DNA of 64,000 nucleotides from Vermamoeba vermiformis (Eukaryota): NCBI GenBank assembly GCA_045837725.1, contig JBEWZL010000208.1, positions 1 to 64,000 of the forward strand, read 5' to 3'. Shown piece by piece: positions 22,826 to 37,539 of this stretch (position 1 is its first letter; each line of letters starts with the position of its first letter). The notes under the pieces were generated by a model. It saw only the letters and a program-made list of their open reading frames with translations, ran no database searches and was not told where the DNA came from. The position numbers and the translations under genes were made by a program.

Positions 22826-22963
22826 GTGTACTCCTTTGTGGTAATATCTTCTGCCGTGGCCTCTAATTTCTAGGAACAGAACTGAAAGCAAAAAACAGAT
22901 TTTTTTGTTCGGGCAATTATGTTTTTTGGCTACACGTGTCAAACCACAAAACGCATCCATAAA

Positions 22964-25911
22964 ATGGGTAACAGCTACGCTAATAAAGTATGGACGAGGA
23001 AGTACGTATTAATAATGGCGAGAAATTATTCCAAAGCTAATCTAAAACTTTTAGTCCGGTCACCCCGTTTCTCGGTGTATTTTTAGCCAAACATCCTGAA
23101 TGTAGCAAAGAAGTCGATAGTTTACTCGCTCAATCCAATTTTTATTCGAATTTTGGTAAGCAAGCAATTTGAATAAACTTCGATCCAGAATAATTTGAAG
23201 AATTAATTCAAAATAATTCTAGCTATTTATAAATACTGCACAATTTATCTTATTCTACCGTACAATTAATTACGAATTATTGAATTTTTTTTCAGCGTTT
23301 GAGGAATCTACTTGGCGATCCAGTCAGGCCATTAGAACACCTGAAATAATGGGGGCGCAACTATATATGTTTTCACACGCATTTAATGCAAGCACTCGAG
23401 CAGTTCGTGTTGCTGAAGCAAAGAAGGTAAGCCAAATCCACAAGCATTGTGATACTTTCCTTGGATGGCGGTCTATACTTACAATTCCCACGTTTATATG
23501 CTTAAGTACACTAGAAATATGTCATTGACAGTTCTAATTAATTGTTTTAGGCATTAGAGCTGGGTCCTTGTCCAGATGCGTACAGTTTATTGGCAACAGA
23601 AGAAGCCACAACATTAGTAAGTTCGCTATAGCAAATAAAAATATTATAGTAATATAATATGGTATATGTAGTAATATTAGGACATTAATAGAATTAAAGG
23701 AGTTAATTATGAATTTGTTTTAGGAAGAAGCACTTAAATATGCCAAACAAGGCTACGAAGAAGGCGAAAAAGCATTGATTAATTACGAATCCAATATTTT
23801 CACTGCCAAAAAAGGAAATTTTTGGGATTACCACGAGACTCGACCTTACATTCGTGCACTTCAGACCTACGCGCAGTGCTTGATTGACAACGGTAAAGCT
23901 GATGAAGCCGTGCCTATTTTGCAAAAAGGATTGGAGCTCAATCCTGGCGACAACATTGTAAGTCCATTTCCATATTTGGAAATCGATCTGCAAATATTTC
24001 TGTCCCGATCCAACCAACTTTTTACACGAGATCCAGATCCAACTTTCATAGACTTAAATTGCAGTTCACATTGTTATTATGAGACTTGGTGATATATATG
24101 ATATTATATTAATATGGTCTTGTAATATAGGGCTTAGAACAGAATCTAATGTTGGCGTACATGCACTTGAAAAAATTCGATGAAGTGCTGGCCATTATCA
24201 ACAAACAAGAACGCGTAAGTATTAATAGAACGAAATCATATAGTATATATTAGATAGAGGGTCCCGGCCTTATACTAAAATTACTATATTTAGAAACATA
24301 ACGTGTTGCTGTTCGCGTCGTACAATTACACAAAGGCACTGCTCACGTTCAAAAAGCACGGCAGAACGGAACAAACTTATTGGGCCCTGGCGCAGTCTTT
24401 TAAGAGCAATTTCAACGTGATTGACGCCATGTTAGGTACGTCCATATTAATTAATGCTTGATTAATGCATCCTCATGGCATTTTTTTCCATTTTTGGAAA
24501 TTTTGTTGGATTCTGACGTTCAATTTTTTTAGAGCCGGAAAAATTCTGCGCGAGACCAATCAATCCTTATATGAACACTCAAGGTCCAGTTGAAGCGGTT
24601 TCATTTATTCATAATTGGGCCAGATTTTGGTTTGAAGACAAAGAGGCTTGGGCTTGGTTTAGACGATCTATTATTGTCGGATTGTCTTTGCATCCGTGCA
24701 AGCATTGCGCTGTAAGTATAGCTAAATATGGATATTATAAAAATTTTTTCGGCGGAACTAACGGATCTGTTATTAGCAAAATATTTGGAAGTCGGACGAT
24801 CTGCTGACGCAGGTTGATAAACTTATTGCCAAAAATAAGTACACCGAGGCAGCAGTGCTAATTCAACAAATTATGAATATTATTCCCGGAAAACATCCGT
24901 TAGGCATTGCTGCGATGACAAGATTGGCTTACTGCTTCGTGAACGGATCTGGAGCCAAATCCAGCTTCACTCGAGCAAAAGATATTTGCTTAAATGGTAC
25001 GTAGTTATAGCTATATTATAATACACTATATTAGTATCATCATTAGTCATATAAGGATCCATTAGTTGATTACGAGGAGCAGATCCGACTGACAATTTGA
25101 TTTTTGTTCTATTGAGGCTAATTTTTACCATTTATAGTAATCTCATTCGACATGGTGAAATTTCATCGTGACATTAGCGCCTCTCACGAATCAGACGACG
25201 AGTACTTTATGTTGGGCGTGGATCGTGAGGCGCGCAGACTCGAGCTGATTCTGAACACTTGCCGCGATGTTTGCAAACAAATTATGAATAAGTAAGTATA
25301 CTATTATATATACTACTATACTACCATATATCGTACACGCACGCAATATAGTTTTGCTGCTCCGGAGCTATTTTTACGGACCGAATCTGACATTTTGGAT
25401 GCGGCAATCGATCGAGTTTTCAGTGTTAGCAAGAAGCATAGTAATCTTTTCATTAGGGCACCTAAAATAGAATATGAACGCCTATTAGATTTCAGTACTG
25501 TATCTGTGTTGCCCGAGGAAGAAGATCCGCATCAAGTATCGAGCCAAAGTGCCAAGCAAGAAGTGGAATTGACACCGGAAAAACTAGCAGAATTGAATAA
25601 GTTAATGACTGAAGGCAAGCCTGGTGTTGATAGACCATTCTCAATGGCAGATCTGACCAAAATGATGGCCAAGTCCACGATGAAGAGCGACCCTTCACGC
25701 AATGTTTGCGCGGCTTGCGGAAAAACAGATATTCCGCTGAAGCAATGCGGTCAATGCAAGCAGTAAGTAGACCATATATATATAATATGAGTCATCATGG
25801 GCCATATACTAACGGTGCTGTCGTAGGGTCAAGTACTGCTGTCGCGAGTGTCAAAAATCAGATTGGAGTCGACACAAAAAAGTTTGTGCGCAATTAGCAA
25901 ATACGATGTAA
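22964..25911 (+). CDS. ST7-like/TPR helical protein with C-terminal MYND zinc finger
   Basis: [23 protein letters not shown] and [18 protein letters not shown]...[29 protein letters not shown]. Confidence 0.85.
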
Positions 25912-26212
25912 TTTAATATTCAGAGTTAAAGTAAAATTTATGCTTTGCATTCATTTCGCTTCGCTACATCCAGATCTTGGTGTACCCCAGCATTTTAATT
26001 TCTGATTAGAAAATGAAAATAATATTCGTATTGAACCCACCATTATTTATATTCCCTTAATGATATTTCGATAAAACAATGAACTAGGAAGGCACGAAAG
26101 ATAAGGATGAAAAAAACAGATCTAAATTTACAACGTGTTTTGGTGTTACACACGACTACACGAACAAATTAACAATGTTATTCGCCTTGCTCATATTAAT
26201 AATGAGCCATAT

Positions 26213-27321
26213 TTAAACAGTAGACAGCTGATTCTCGTCTTCGGTCGAGTTGAACTTGGCGAAGAATTCTTGGCCTAATTGAAAATGCGTTAGAATAAAC
26301 TATAATAAGCCTAAAAAAGCGTAATAATATTCACTACTTACTTGAAGTTACTCCTTTAGGCAAGTTCGAGTAATATCGGTACAAGAAATAAAGAATAAAC
26401 AACTACAAAAAAAGATCAGTTCCGGAACTCGAAAAAATATTGCATAATTCCAGTAAAATATAGCTAATAGCACGTACTCTAACTAATATAACGAGCAATT
26501 CCACGAAGACTGTAATTCCAGGCAGTTCTCGAACAGCAAGGACGGTAATAAACTCGGAAAAGGTTTCTACGGCAAAAAATATCGTGTACTATAATATAAT
26601 TAAGGAGTAATAATCTCTCGACATGTTGTTAATAATTAATGGATAGTTTGAGCGGATCTAGCGTTAATAAGGATACAATCATGGCGAACATTTTGTTGAA
26701 ATTTCTTGCCGATAGAAAGCCTATTGGTGCAAACGCAATGCCTCCCACTAGCCACCAATGTCGTAGTATTAGCGATAAGACTGATATTATCTAAATAAAA
26801 GCGGATCGTGTCAAAATTAAACTCGAAAATTCGAAATAAAAATCTGTAATGCTTCATAATTATCATAAATGCTTATATACGCATGATATTATGAAATTTA
26901 TCTTAAAATTATCGTAATTGGATTTTTTGAGTTATTAGGGAATTAGATTTTGATTTTTTACGACGGATCTTACCATGTGAAAGGCAGAAATTAGCTTTAC
27001 TGTTGCTGCTTGTTTCTTAATTAATATAAACTTATTATAATCATCTTCCGGCTCGACTGTCGCTGGTTCGTAGGCCGAATCTCCGAACGGAAAAGCTGCA
27101 GATCCGAGTGTAGGCGTGTAATACGTTGTTTCATAGCTTGAAGTGGTCGTAGGTGCTACATTAGGCGCAGTATATGTCATAGTTTGCATTTGTGAAGCAC
27201 GGAGTTCCTGCATCTGTAATTGTTTCGCAAGTTCTTCATCACTTTGACGCAGATCCGTTCCATCGCCTTCCAACTGCGTATTATTTTGGCCTTGATTAGC
27301 TAAATCGTCAAAATTACTCAT
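26213..27321 (-). CDS. Membrane protein with ~4 TM helices and a cytosolic N-terminus containing a UIM/MIU-like DEELAKQLQ motif
   Basis: Five exons splice in frame; hydrophobic segments lie in exons 1-4. Confidence 0.7.
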
Positions 27322-27382
27322 TGCGGCTGATACTTTGTTGTTTGATCCGATTTTGAAAACAAAATAAAAATTACATCCGTCT

Positions 27383-29028
27383 ATGGAAACCACACAAGAC
27401 GAACTAAAAATTCCTAAACGGTACACAGTACTTGAGGAGCTATATAGGAGAGTAAGGACTATTTTGTTTGCTTAGTTTTGCAAGATCTAACCGTTATTTT
27501 AAGGATGCGGAACCAAAGACTTGGATTCTCAAGTGCTTGGATAAATGGAGCAACAAAATCGTTGCTTTGCACTGTATAGATTCTATTATTGATACTTCTT
27601 TCAACTATGGACTTCAACAGTTCTGTGGAGTGATGATTGCGGATCAACTGCAACAGATGTCCGATAGCTTTGTCAAAATTAATGATATTACTTATTCCAA
27701 AGAATCAAAACGATTTTATATAAATAGAGAGTATATGGGTAAGTTATTTAGTGGTCACCGAGATTTTAAATGTAATTTCTGAATTTTAATTTTTTCAGAT
27801 TTAACGTTAGCCGAAGCATTCAGAACGAGAAAACTTACTTTTAACGACAAACTTCGTATATTTTATAAACTTGTTCGTGCTCTTAGTGAATTAGAAGAGG
27901 CTGCCCTTGTTCACTTGAATTTGAACGTAAGTTTTGGATCACATCCAAAAAATATCCCTAATGAATTCTCTAATAATTTTAATTATAGCCGAACCATATA
28001 CTACTCAGTAAAGATCTTAAAACGGTCAAAATATGCGGATTTATCGGCAAATCAACTCGTCTTTCGAACACGTTGACCGCAACGGAGTACAATCGCTACT
28101 TAAATACTAACGATGAGGGCGCAAATCATTTCCGAGCATTTGAATTGCTCGATGTAAATAGGTAAGTACTAATATTAATATATACAAATATTTGATTAAA
28201 TATTTAACTTTTTTTTTGACCAAATCCGCCAGATCTTGTTTGTAGACTTAAATTACTTTCATTTACTTAATAAACCATACAAATAATAGTAGCATAATAT
28301 AATATAAGTACTACTTTTATTTTGGTACTAAAAATATTTTCAGTTATCATCCAATGCCGAGACTCAGATCTGTCATGGATGTTTGGTCGCTGGGCTGTAT
28401 CTTTGCATATATGCTACTGGATGGTATTTCCATATTTGGTAATGTTCAGTTGGACACTGGTCGGGTGAAAATCAGATTAGGAACGACGTCGAATTACGAA
28501 CCAGTGCTGGAAAACGGAAGAAATGTGTATTTTGCTGTGCCGGACCCTGGCAAAACACTTACCATATTAGGAAATATTTGGTCGAAAGATAAGAACGTGG
28601 CACCACTATTGCCATTATTGGCAATGATGTTAAATTACGATCCAAGAAGACGAATCACGGCGAAAACGATTTTGAATTATAAGATTTTCAGTGAAAAGCC
28701 ATATTCAGATATTATAGCATACAAATTCATACTGTCGCTAAAAATGGATCGGATCGTTTTGGAATCTGGAGAGAAACTTTCGGAGTTGACTCCAAAGAGG
28801 GTCATCGAATATTTCAAAACACTATTGCAGCATAAAAAAGCACTAATGACTGATATAAGAAACGATTTGATAGTATTGGCGAATAATTTGGCGACCAAAA
28901 CTCCGGTGCCATTCGAGATCTGGATCCACATATTCGTGTTAGCTGATACTAAGCCAATTACGTATATACCACTCTCGAAATTTGAATTGGCAAATTGGAG
29001 AAAAGAAAGCTCAAATCAAATTCAATAA
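27383..29028 (+). CDS. CMGC (MAPK/CDK)-like pseudokinase
   Basis: RYTVLEEL...IVALH, LVHLNLNPNHILL, VKICGFIG, FRAFELL, DVWSLGCIFAYML and MLNYDPRRRITA. Confidence 0.85.
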
Positions 29029-29330
29029 AAGAGCGGCTTTGTACAATTAAAATAAAGAGATCGTAAGAAAAGCTTTGGTGTAATTATTAATAGAAATTTA
29101 ATGACATTAGCAATATAATAAATATGTAGTACTTTACTTAGCGAAAGTTTAGTAAGCTAATTCAATGCAGGTTACAGAAGTTTTAGCTTCTTGCTAGTAA
29201 AAAACTGATTTCTTTTCTGAGAAAAATAAAAAAGCTGCTGCTAATACTACTATACCTATATATATAAAAGCTTAAAGTTGTTTGTCAGAATTGTTGTTGG
29301 CCATTGTTAAGCCTAATAAGACTGTCTTTA

Positions 29331-32300
29331 TTACAAACTACCAGTTGTAGTGGAAGACGACGTCACGTGGTCAATAACAAAGTCAAACCACTTTTGTAGC
29401 ACCTCCTCGCTAATCTCTTCAAATTGACTGTAATTCTGTTGCAATATTTTGTTCGTGTTCGCGCAGTCCACTACTGAATCACGTGCTGGGAACCAACCAC
29501 GACGACCAAAATATTCTTTGAGCAATCGGATAAATAGGGTTATCCTCACCTAAGAATAATTATTAGAATTACCATGTACAATATTCGTGGATAAAATAAA
29601 CTTGCCTAATTTGGGCAAAACATCGCGTTTCCAGGCTTCATAAGGCAATGTTTCCAGATCAGGAACTTTTTCGGTCAACAATTGCATTTCTTTGTCGAAA
29701 CTAAGTTTGTTTGGGTTGACGATGTTGAATACTCTTCCAATAGCTTTGTAAAGAATGAAATGAGAATTGATTTGTTAGAGCAGATCCGGATCGACTTACA
29801 ATCTTTTTGCTTTGCGATGGTTAGGATCGTTCGTGAAACAAAATCGACTGGATTTGACTCCATTTTTGCATGTGTATCAATTGGCACTGATTTACATTGC
29901 AATAAACCGACCAATAGGCGATTGTCAAAGTCGTCTGTGAAAGTGTCAGATCCGAGACTTTTGCCAGGCTAGAAGGAAATAAATAAGACTTACCCAAATT
30001 GCAATAGCCAGTAATAGTATTCGATGAGATCATGCCAGGTCTATAAATAACAGCGCGTAAATCTCCCTCGTCGATCGTTTTCCAAACAAATCTTTCAGCC
30101 ACAAACTTGCTCAAACTACAACTATTAGTAAGTATACGATATCTATTAATATGAGTAGTATTATATCGTACTTGTAGCCGCCCATTAATTTGTACAAAGT
30201 GTTGCCTTGTCGGTACACGGGCATTTCTTCGACACGTGTCTCAGGTAGCACGCAGACCGATGCTGTTGACACGAAGTGCAGTAACTTGTTAAGACCATTT
30301 AGGCAGAAATTTACTATATGCTTAGTTCCTAGTGTCGGGTAGAGTAAGTTAATATATCATTCGTGCTTGAGACGTACCTTCAACGTTGGATTTTTTCAGT
30401 GAAAAGTAGGGGAGCACGCTGTTGACGTACGCAGCCACGTGATAAACTTCTTCGATTTCTTCAGAGAGCTCTTTATAATTATTAAGGCCTAGTAGTGGCA
30501 AGGCAAGGTCTCCTTCCAACTATTCGATCGTTCGGGTTAGTGAAATTTTCCTTTTTTGGAAAAGTTTTTTTTTTACGTACCGGAATAACTTTGGTCTCGT
30601 ATTCTTCGCGCCATTCAAATTTTGCAAAATTAAATCGTTCTTTGATGCGTTCTATTCCATTCAAATTCTTCGATTTCCTTAATAGGCAATAAACTGTCTT
30701 GTTCTCCAGCAACAAATCACGAAGGATTTGAAGGCCTAAAAATCCGCAACTGCCGGTCAACAACACTTTGCTAGACTTATTCGCATTTTCGTTATTTGTA
30801 TTTGAGGTGCCTTCGTGAGGTTGATTTAACATAATAAACTGATGTTCGAGCTCTCTTTTCAGATCGAACGAGTCCATCGGATCCACTTGCGGCGAGTTGA
30901 CATAATTCGCTAATTTTTCTATATCAGCGCCCTACAAGCGTATATATCGATCAGTATTTCCTTATATAGTAAGTGGCTTGTTTATCCGTACCTCGGCAAC
31001 GATTACTGAAATAGGCACTTCAATGTTCAAATTCGTTTTGAGCATATTTTGAATTTTGATGGCGCTCAATGAGTCAGTGCCCATATGCAACAATGGCACT
31101 AATAATAATTAATAAGGAGCTTAGTTAATATAAATTATCTTACCTTTTTTGAAATCAGTTTTGTTGTCGGAGTCAGCTCCGTCGAGACCAATGGCGGTCG
31201 ATAATATTTGCAATAATTTTTGTTGGACTGAGCCTTGTTTTTGCTCCAATTCTTCGTACAATTCTTTCAATTGAGTTTTGTATCGTTTAGCAATCGCGTG
31301 ACGAACGATTTTGAAGTTTGAATTCAACATGTGATTTTCTTCAGTGAATTTTTCGGTGGTTAAAATAACTCCGAATGGAATTTCGTAGTTTCGCATCTAA
31401 AGAAATAAAGTTAGCCTTATTAGGAAATTCCAAAAAAAGATCGTTAAAACTTGCTCTATTTTTGGCACCAATGCGAATAATATCTTTGTGAACTTCTTCA
31501 ATAAACATTGGATCTTTGCAGATTTCTTCGAATTTGAGCTCGTCTTTTTCGTGTAATTTGCACCACTGTTGTGCGATTTCTCCGTTAGGCACAACAACAG
31601 CCAACAAAAATGACTTTAACGCGTCACCATGAACGTAGATCTGGTCAATAAGCGCACTTTCAACGAAGATATTTTCCAACCGGGAAGGCCTAACAAAATA
31701 AAATCAATAATATGTTGCCATATTTGGTAAGTGTCAATGGTTTCTTACGCAACGAATTCTCCTTGGGCGAGTTTGAAAATATTTTTCTTTCTGTCAATAA
31801 TTTTGTACATGTCATTAGCTTGTTCGACAATATCTCCCGTGTGATACCATCCATCGACAAACACTTCTTTACTATAAAAGGAAACGTCATTAGCTCAAGC
31901 CTTGCACTAACTTTTTTCGCCGAACTTACGTCTTCTCTTCGTTCTTGTAGTATCCAGCAGACTAAAACAGGCAATTAGACTCGGATAATTTTTGCAATGC
32001 AAAGGACTTACCATATAAGGAGATTTAACGCAAAGTTCACCGCGAGGGAATGGTTTGTCTTCAGGGCTGTATTCTTCCCACGGAACTAACTTCGTTTCTA
32101 CACCACAATAAGCGTTAAAATAACCTTATTAATGATAATAATTAACTTACCAACGAAATTTTTGGCTCTGAAGCCCGATGTAATAGCGCCGACCTAAGTG
32201 TGAAAAAATTAATTTTTGAACAGTGATAAAATTAACTAACAACGTACTTCAGTGGCGCCGTAAGAATCATCAACGGAACAAATCCAGCATTTTTTCATGA

Positions 32301-34392
32301 ACGCCAGTACTTCGGGACTCGTCGGAGCACCGCCCGTGACAATGGCAGCGACGCGATCACCGAGAATGTCTGAGAACTCACTCAGCGCTATCTCACGGGC
32401 TTGTTCCTCCTAACATCAATTAATAATGCATCACTTGATATATATAGTTTCATATTAATATTTACGTCATATTGATGCTTCAAGTTTTCGAAAGTCTTCT
32501 TGTACTCGGAATAAATTTTGTTCCAAAAGACAGGTGTCGCTGAAATAGTTGTCGGGCGAAGAATTCTAATGTCTTCAAATAACAGCCCAATATCCTTTCA
32601 GATCATAATATTAGTGCCTGTATTATATGAATCGTATTTTTGTTTTTCTTACACCGCTGAAAATTCCGACGCGTCCGCCGTACATAAGTTGACGCCAATC
32701 ATTCTTGCGATCTGAATTGGACCAAGAAGGTGCAATATCGGGGTCATGAAGTCGATAGAGACTAAGTACGAGAAAAAAAGTTAATGGAGTTGTGACAGGT
32801 GTCAATTTGTCGTGTCACGTACTTGGTCAAGTTAGAGTGCCAAACCTTTTCGAGTATAATTACACCTTTAGGGTCCCCAGTACTACCACTGGTATCTATA
32901 TGAATAATAGTGTTAGTATACAAATCAAACGGTAGTGATCGAAAGTGACACTTACAGACGAGCGTGAAAATATCGTCGGGCTTTGTATCCACGAAGGAGA
33001 ATTGTTGATCTTTGCCAATCGCTTCAATTTCACTGAAATTATAGACTGTAACATTTTCAAACTTGTAATTCAATGTGCTCTTTGAGTTGAAATCATCGTC
33101 GATAAAAACAACGGTTTTAACTGACGGACAATACGGCAGACAATTATAGACCTATTTAATTAACAAAATATTAGTAAATTGATCATATATATTAGTTTTT
33201 GCGTATTATTAACAATTCTTACTTTTTCCACGGTGTCGATCCCGCAAACGATCAATTTCATTTCCGTTTGATTAACAATGCTTTTAAAACCGACTTCATC
33301 TGTAGTTACATACACTTTAATATTAGTATTAATATGTATGTTAGGACGTACCTATAGCATGTGGTATAATAGGTCCAATGATCGAGTTGACCATGCACGC
33401 ATAATCAGCCACGTAATATTCAAATCGATTCCGCGAACAAATTCCAATAAATTCTCGCTACAAATAGGTAATTAATTAATACGCTTCGAATTAACATTAA
33501 TGCAACTATTCTAGATGTCGTACTGGTTGAACAAAAGTTCGCAATCCAAATCCAAAGTCTCTGATGTGCTGCCAAGTCTCTTCAAACGTTTTCCAAGTAA
33601 ATTTGTCGTCTAATTTCCTCGTTGTTTTGTCGCGCATTCTCCAACCGAGACACAATCTAAAATAAATTGCAATTTAATTTTACCGTTAAAATGTCGACCA
33701 TTCAATACTATCTTATCAAAGTGAATTCGTAAATTATGTTATTTCCAAATAAGGAAAGTTTGGTATTCGCTTTGCATCAATTTACCTCTTGCCATACAAG
33801 GTGAAGGCATTTCTAAAAAAGTAAAATATAATTAGTCGCAATTAACATGCAATATTATCGTAGTACGCACATCATATTTTGCGTCGTTGAATATGATTGA
33901 ATTTTCGCTTGAATACTAGCGGATCTAATTGTTTCAACGACCATGTAATGGCCGTGACCTTGTTCTTTGTAACAAGCTTCACAAAAATCAAAGTCGCTGC
34001 ATTCTATAAGGATAATATACGATTAATATTAATAAATAAGGTTCGTTGGACAATTACCCGTGCAGTGGTATCGATTAACGCCCTCTGGAATTCTATCAAA
34101 GCATCCGTTACAGGTGTAAAACGCTTCAACCTGTTCTTTCTCTAAATAATTTCTTATTAATGTCGTATTAATGAAATCATTATTAGAAGGTAATTATTAT
34201 TAAATACTGATTTGAATTGAGGATTATGGAAATTTAAATTAAAAAAAACGATTTTAAAATCAAAGACTCACCACTAATAGCCTCCATAAAGCTGTAAAAT
34301 TTTAAATATTCTTGATAGTCACGAAGGAGAAGCCAAGTTAAAGCTGCGACCAACGCTAGAAATATAAACAGAACGAATCCAATAAATGACAT
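29331..34392 (-). CDS. NRPS-like carboxylic acid reductase (adenylation-PCP-thioester reductase) with N-terminal TM and ZZ zinc finger; +1 frameshift near 29527
   Basis: A domain: [57 protein letters not shown] domain: [34 protein letters not shown]...[17 protein letters not shown]...HGH. Confidence 0.92.
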
Positions 34393-34601
34393 GTCTTCCT
34401 GCGCTACAATTTCATTATACTATTAATATACAATATATAATACAAATATGTATGCCGCTATAGCGTCTGTCAGCTTTTTCAAATAAAATAGAACAATTGA
34501 AATCTCTTTTTAGTTTCACAATAAATTTGATAAAAATTCGCAAGAATCCTAATCAATTCGTACTAATATAATTATTATTGTTTTTATTTTACAACGAAGA
34601 T

Positions 34602-36733
34602 TTATATCCGGCCACCGCTCGTCATTTGAATGTTATTATCAGACAACACTTCAACGCCGTTCGTATTCGTATTATCGTTCTTATATAGATCGAGGTCCTT
34701 AGTCTCGAGAGCTACATTGAAGAACAAAAATACGAACGTAATAAACGGCACAATACTAATAAATACAACGACTTTCATGGGATTGTATCCGCCTTGGATC
34801 AGCATGCCTACCAAAAAAGGAAATACTGCCGTGATGCATCGACCTGCATTGTAGGTAAATCCAGCGCCAGTTGCTCGGAGATACGTCGGAAATTGCTCCG
34901 GCAGATAAAAAATAAACAAAGCAAATATTGCAGTGACGAATCCGCCCAAGAAAAATAGCATTGTCAATCTGAATCCAACAGGCATTGATGATACTGGTAA
35001 GAACGTTATAGGCAGCAATATGAACGACCCACACAAGAAAATTCGGAGCATTGCGATCCGACCGAATTTTTTCGATAGTGGATAATTTGCTATTGTGCCG
35101 AAAAATCCACCAATGTAGAACAATACTGATGCTATGGAGGTGTATATGCGCGCACGGTGTTTGGCTTCGACTTTATCACCACCTGTCTCGTCACTCGCTA
35201 GTTGAATGAAAATGATCGGGATAAACGTCGAAATGCACCACCTGGGAAAAAAAAATCATTATAAACGATACTAATTTGAATATAAATATTATATTATATT
35301 TCTAAGAAACTATCCGAGATAAAATTCGGATCCGAAAGTAGATTTGCAACAGGTTTTGCAGCCAGAGATTATGTAGAACGTACCACGTGATCAGTGAAGT
35401 AATAGTCAGCACGAGACTAGCCAATGTTCGTTTCAAGAACGGATGCGCCATTAATACTTTCAAATTGCCACTCGCAGATCCAGCTGCGAACATTTCAGGC
35501 TCTTTGACTTTAGCGCGAATAAAGCACGTGATTGCTACAGGGATTAGTGCCGATAAAAACACCAATCGCCACGATAAGCCATTAGCACCAACATCATCGC
35601 TAATCGTTGAGGTAAAGACCAAATTGACTAAGAAGCCCAATAAGCCTCCAATAGGTGCTGCTGTATATAATATAACTCCTCCTAGAATTCTTTTACGTTC
35701 TGGCAGCGTCTCAGCCCTACAAACAGAAATTTAAAAATCAGATCGGATTTGGATCAAGTTCGAAAAATCGATACAAACACAGTAGTGGTCACTTAATTCT
35801 AATAATAATAATTTGGCTAATATGAGCAAACTTACACTAAGCTAGCGCCTGCAGCCCATTCACCTCCGATACCAAGAGCAGATGTAAATCTGAACAATGC
35901 CAGAATCCAAATGTTCCACGAAGCAGCACAGAGCGCCGTTGAAATTGAATAAGTTACAATCGTGAAGAACATTGTGCGCGCTCGCCCAATTTTATCGCAA
36001 ATAACGCCGAACAAAATTCCTCCAGCGGCCCATCCGAGCAACAGGAGCGACGTTAATATAGCCGTCCATAATGCAATCTAATAGAAACTAGTATTAGTAT
36101 GATGAAGAAATACTGATATAATTATAAAAAGTCGAGAAAGCTTAAAAATGGATCGGTGCCAGATCCAGCTTTGCAAATATATTCTTGAGTTTAAGTGCGC
36201 TACTATGTCACGCGCAAATTATATAACGACTTGTAGAAGGTTTCTATTATAATAATAGCGATACTTACTTGGTCTCGAGCCTCTTGTAGTGTCGGATCCA
36301 GTCCCAACAAGTACGGGATACACACGGGTGCTGCGTAAGTGAATAATAAACTGTCAAATAAATCGAAGCCCCATCCTACCCACGCTGAGAATAAGACTAA
36401 GAATTGATATCGAGTAAGCCCAAAGAAGCAAGTAATTGTGTCGTCTTTTTCCATGGATTTGGCTGCTTTAGGTGACGGTTCTAAATCCGTTGGTGCCTCG
36501 TCGTTATTATCATTATTTCCACCGTCTTCGCCATTTTCATTATGTTTAGGTGTAGGATAATGGTCTTCATCAAGCGAAAATTGCACTTGAATTGAGTCGT
36601 CGGATGAAGCAAGTCGATCGGTGGATTTAGTGAGGTCCATGCTCATGCTAATTCCATTATTTGAACTACTAATATTCACGCTATTTTCCAGGTCATCTTC
36701 TTCGTTTTTAAGCCTCTGGATTTTTTCGCTCAT
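34602..36733 (-). CDS. MFS transporter (sialate/carboxylate:H+ symporter-like)
   Basis: GWGFDLFD, GVICDKIGRAR, RFTSALGIGGEWAAG and YLPEQFPTYLRATGAGFTYNAGR. Confidence 0.92.
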
Positions 36734-37539
36734 TTTTCAATAATAAACGTTCACCTAAAAATCTATTTAATATTTTGTTTGCATTAAGAGATAATTATTT
36801 ATAACAGATATGGCAGATTAATGCCTGTATTTAATTAGGTATTCTAAGGGTTAGAAAGAACTGTAGATTCGATCTAGATCGACACACCTTTTATTTTGAG
36901 GGATAGCGCTCATTCACTTCGAATATGCTGTTACTGGTTAGACTTAGTCTTCGACAAATAAACAAATGAAACCAAACTCTGAAAAATCAAAAGTGTCTGT
37001 TGCTAAAAATACAACCAGTTAAAAATAGCATTAGAGTTTAACCGTTTAATAATACAGAATTATTACAATTTTCGGATTGAATGGTCACTAAAAAGATGAA
37101 TCATCATTTCACGATAATCGTAGCCAACAGAACTATCAATCATCGACAAGATCAGCAACCAAATTTCTTTCGGTAACAGATCCAGCGCCTTGCTTCGCGA
37201 ATAAAAAAAGATAATATTTTCGAATTGCTTCTGATATTGTATTTTTATTTTGAAGATTTTTATTGAGCCAAAGATGTTCCGATATTAAGAAACGATAATA
37301 GGAGGAGAGGATGAATAAAGCTAAAATGATAATTTGCTTCAAAGCGTAATAACTTACTGCAATTTCTTCGGAAATTTCACTGACTATTAAATTCAATTCT
37401 CGAGAAAGTACCTCAATGAGCCGAACTGTACTACGAGAGGAGTTCCGTTGCCACGTCGTGCTGTATATGCCCGACCGCTAGCGAAATAAATCGTTCAATT
37501 GTACAAGACATGAACTAGCGTAAATTGATCGGAATCGAT

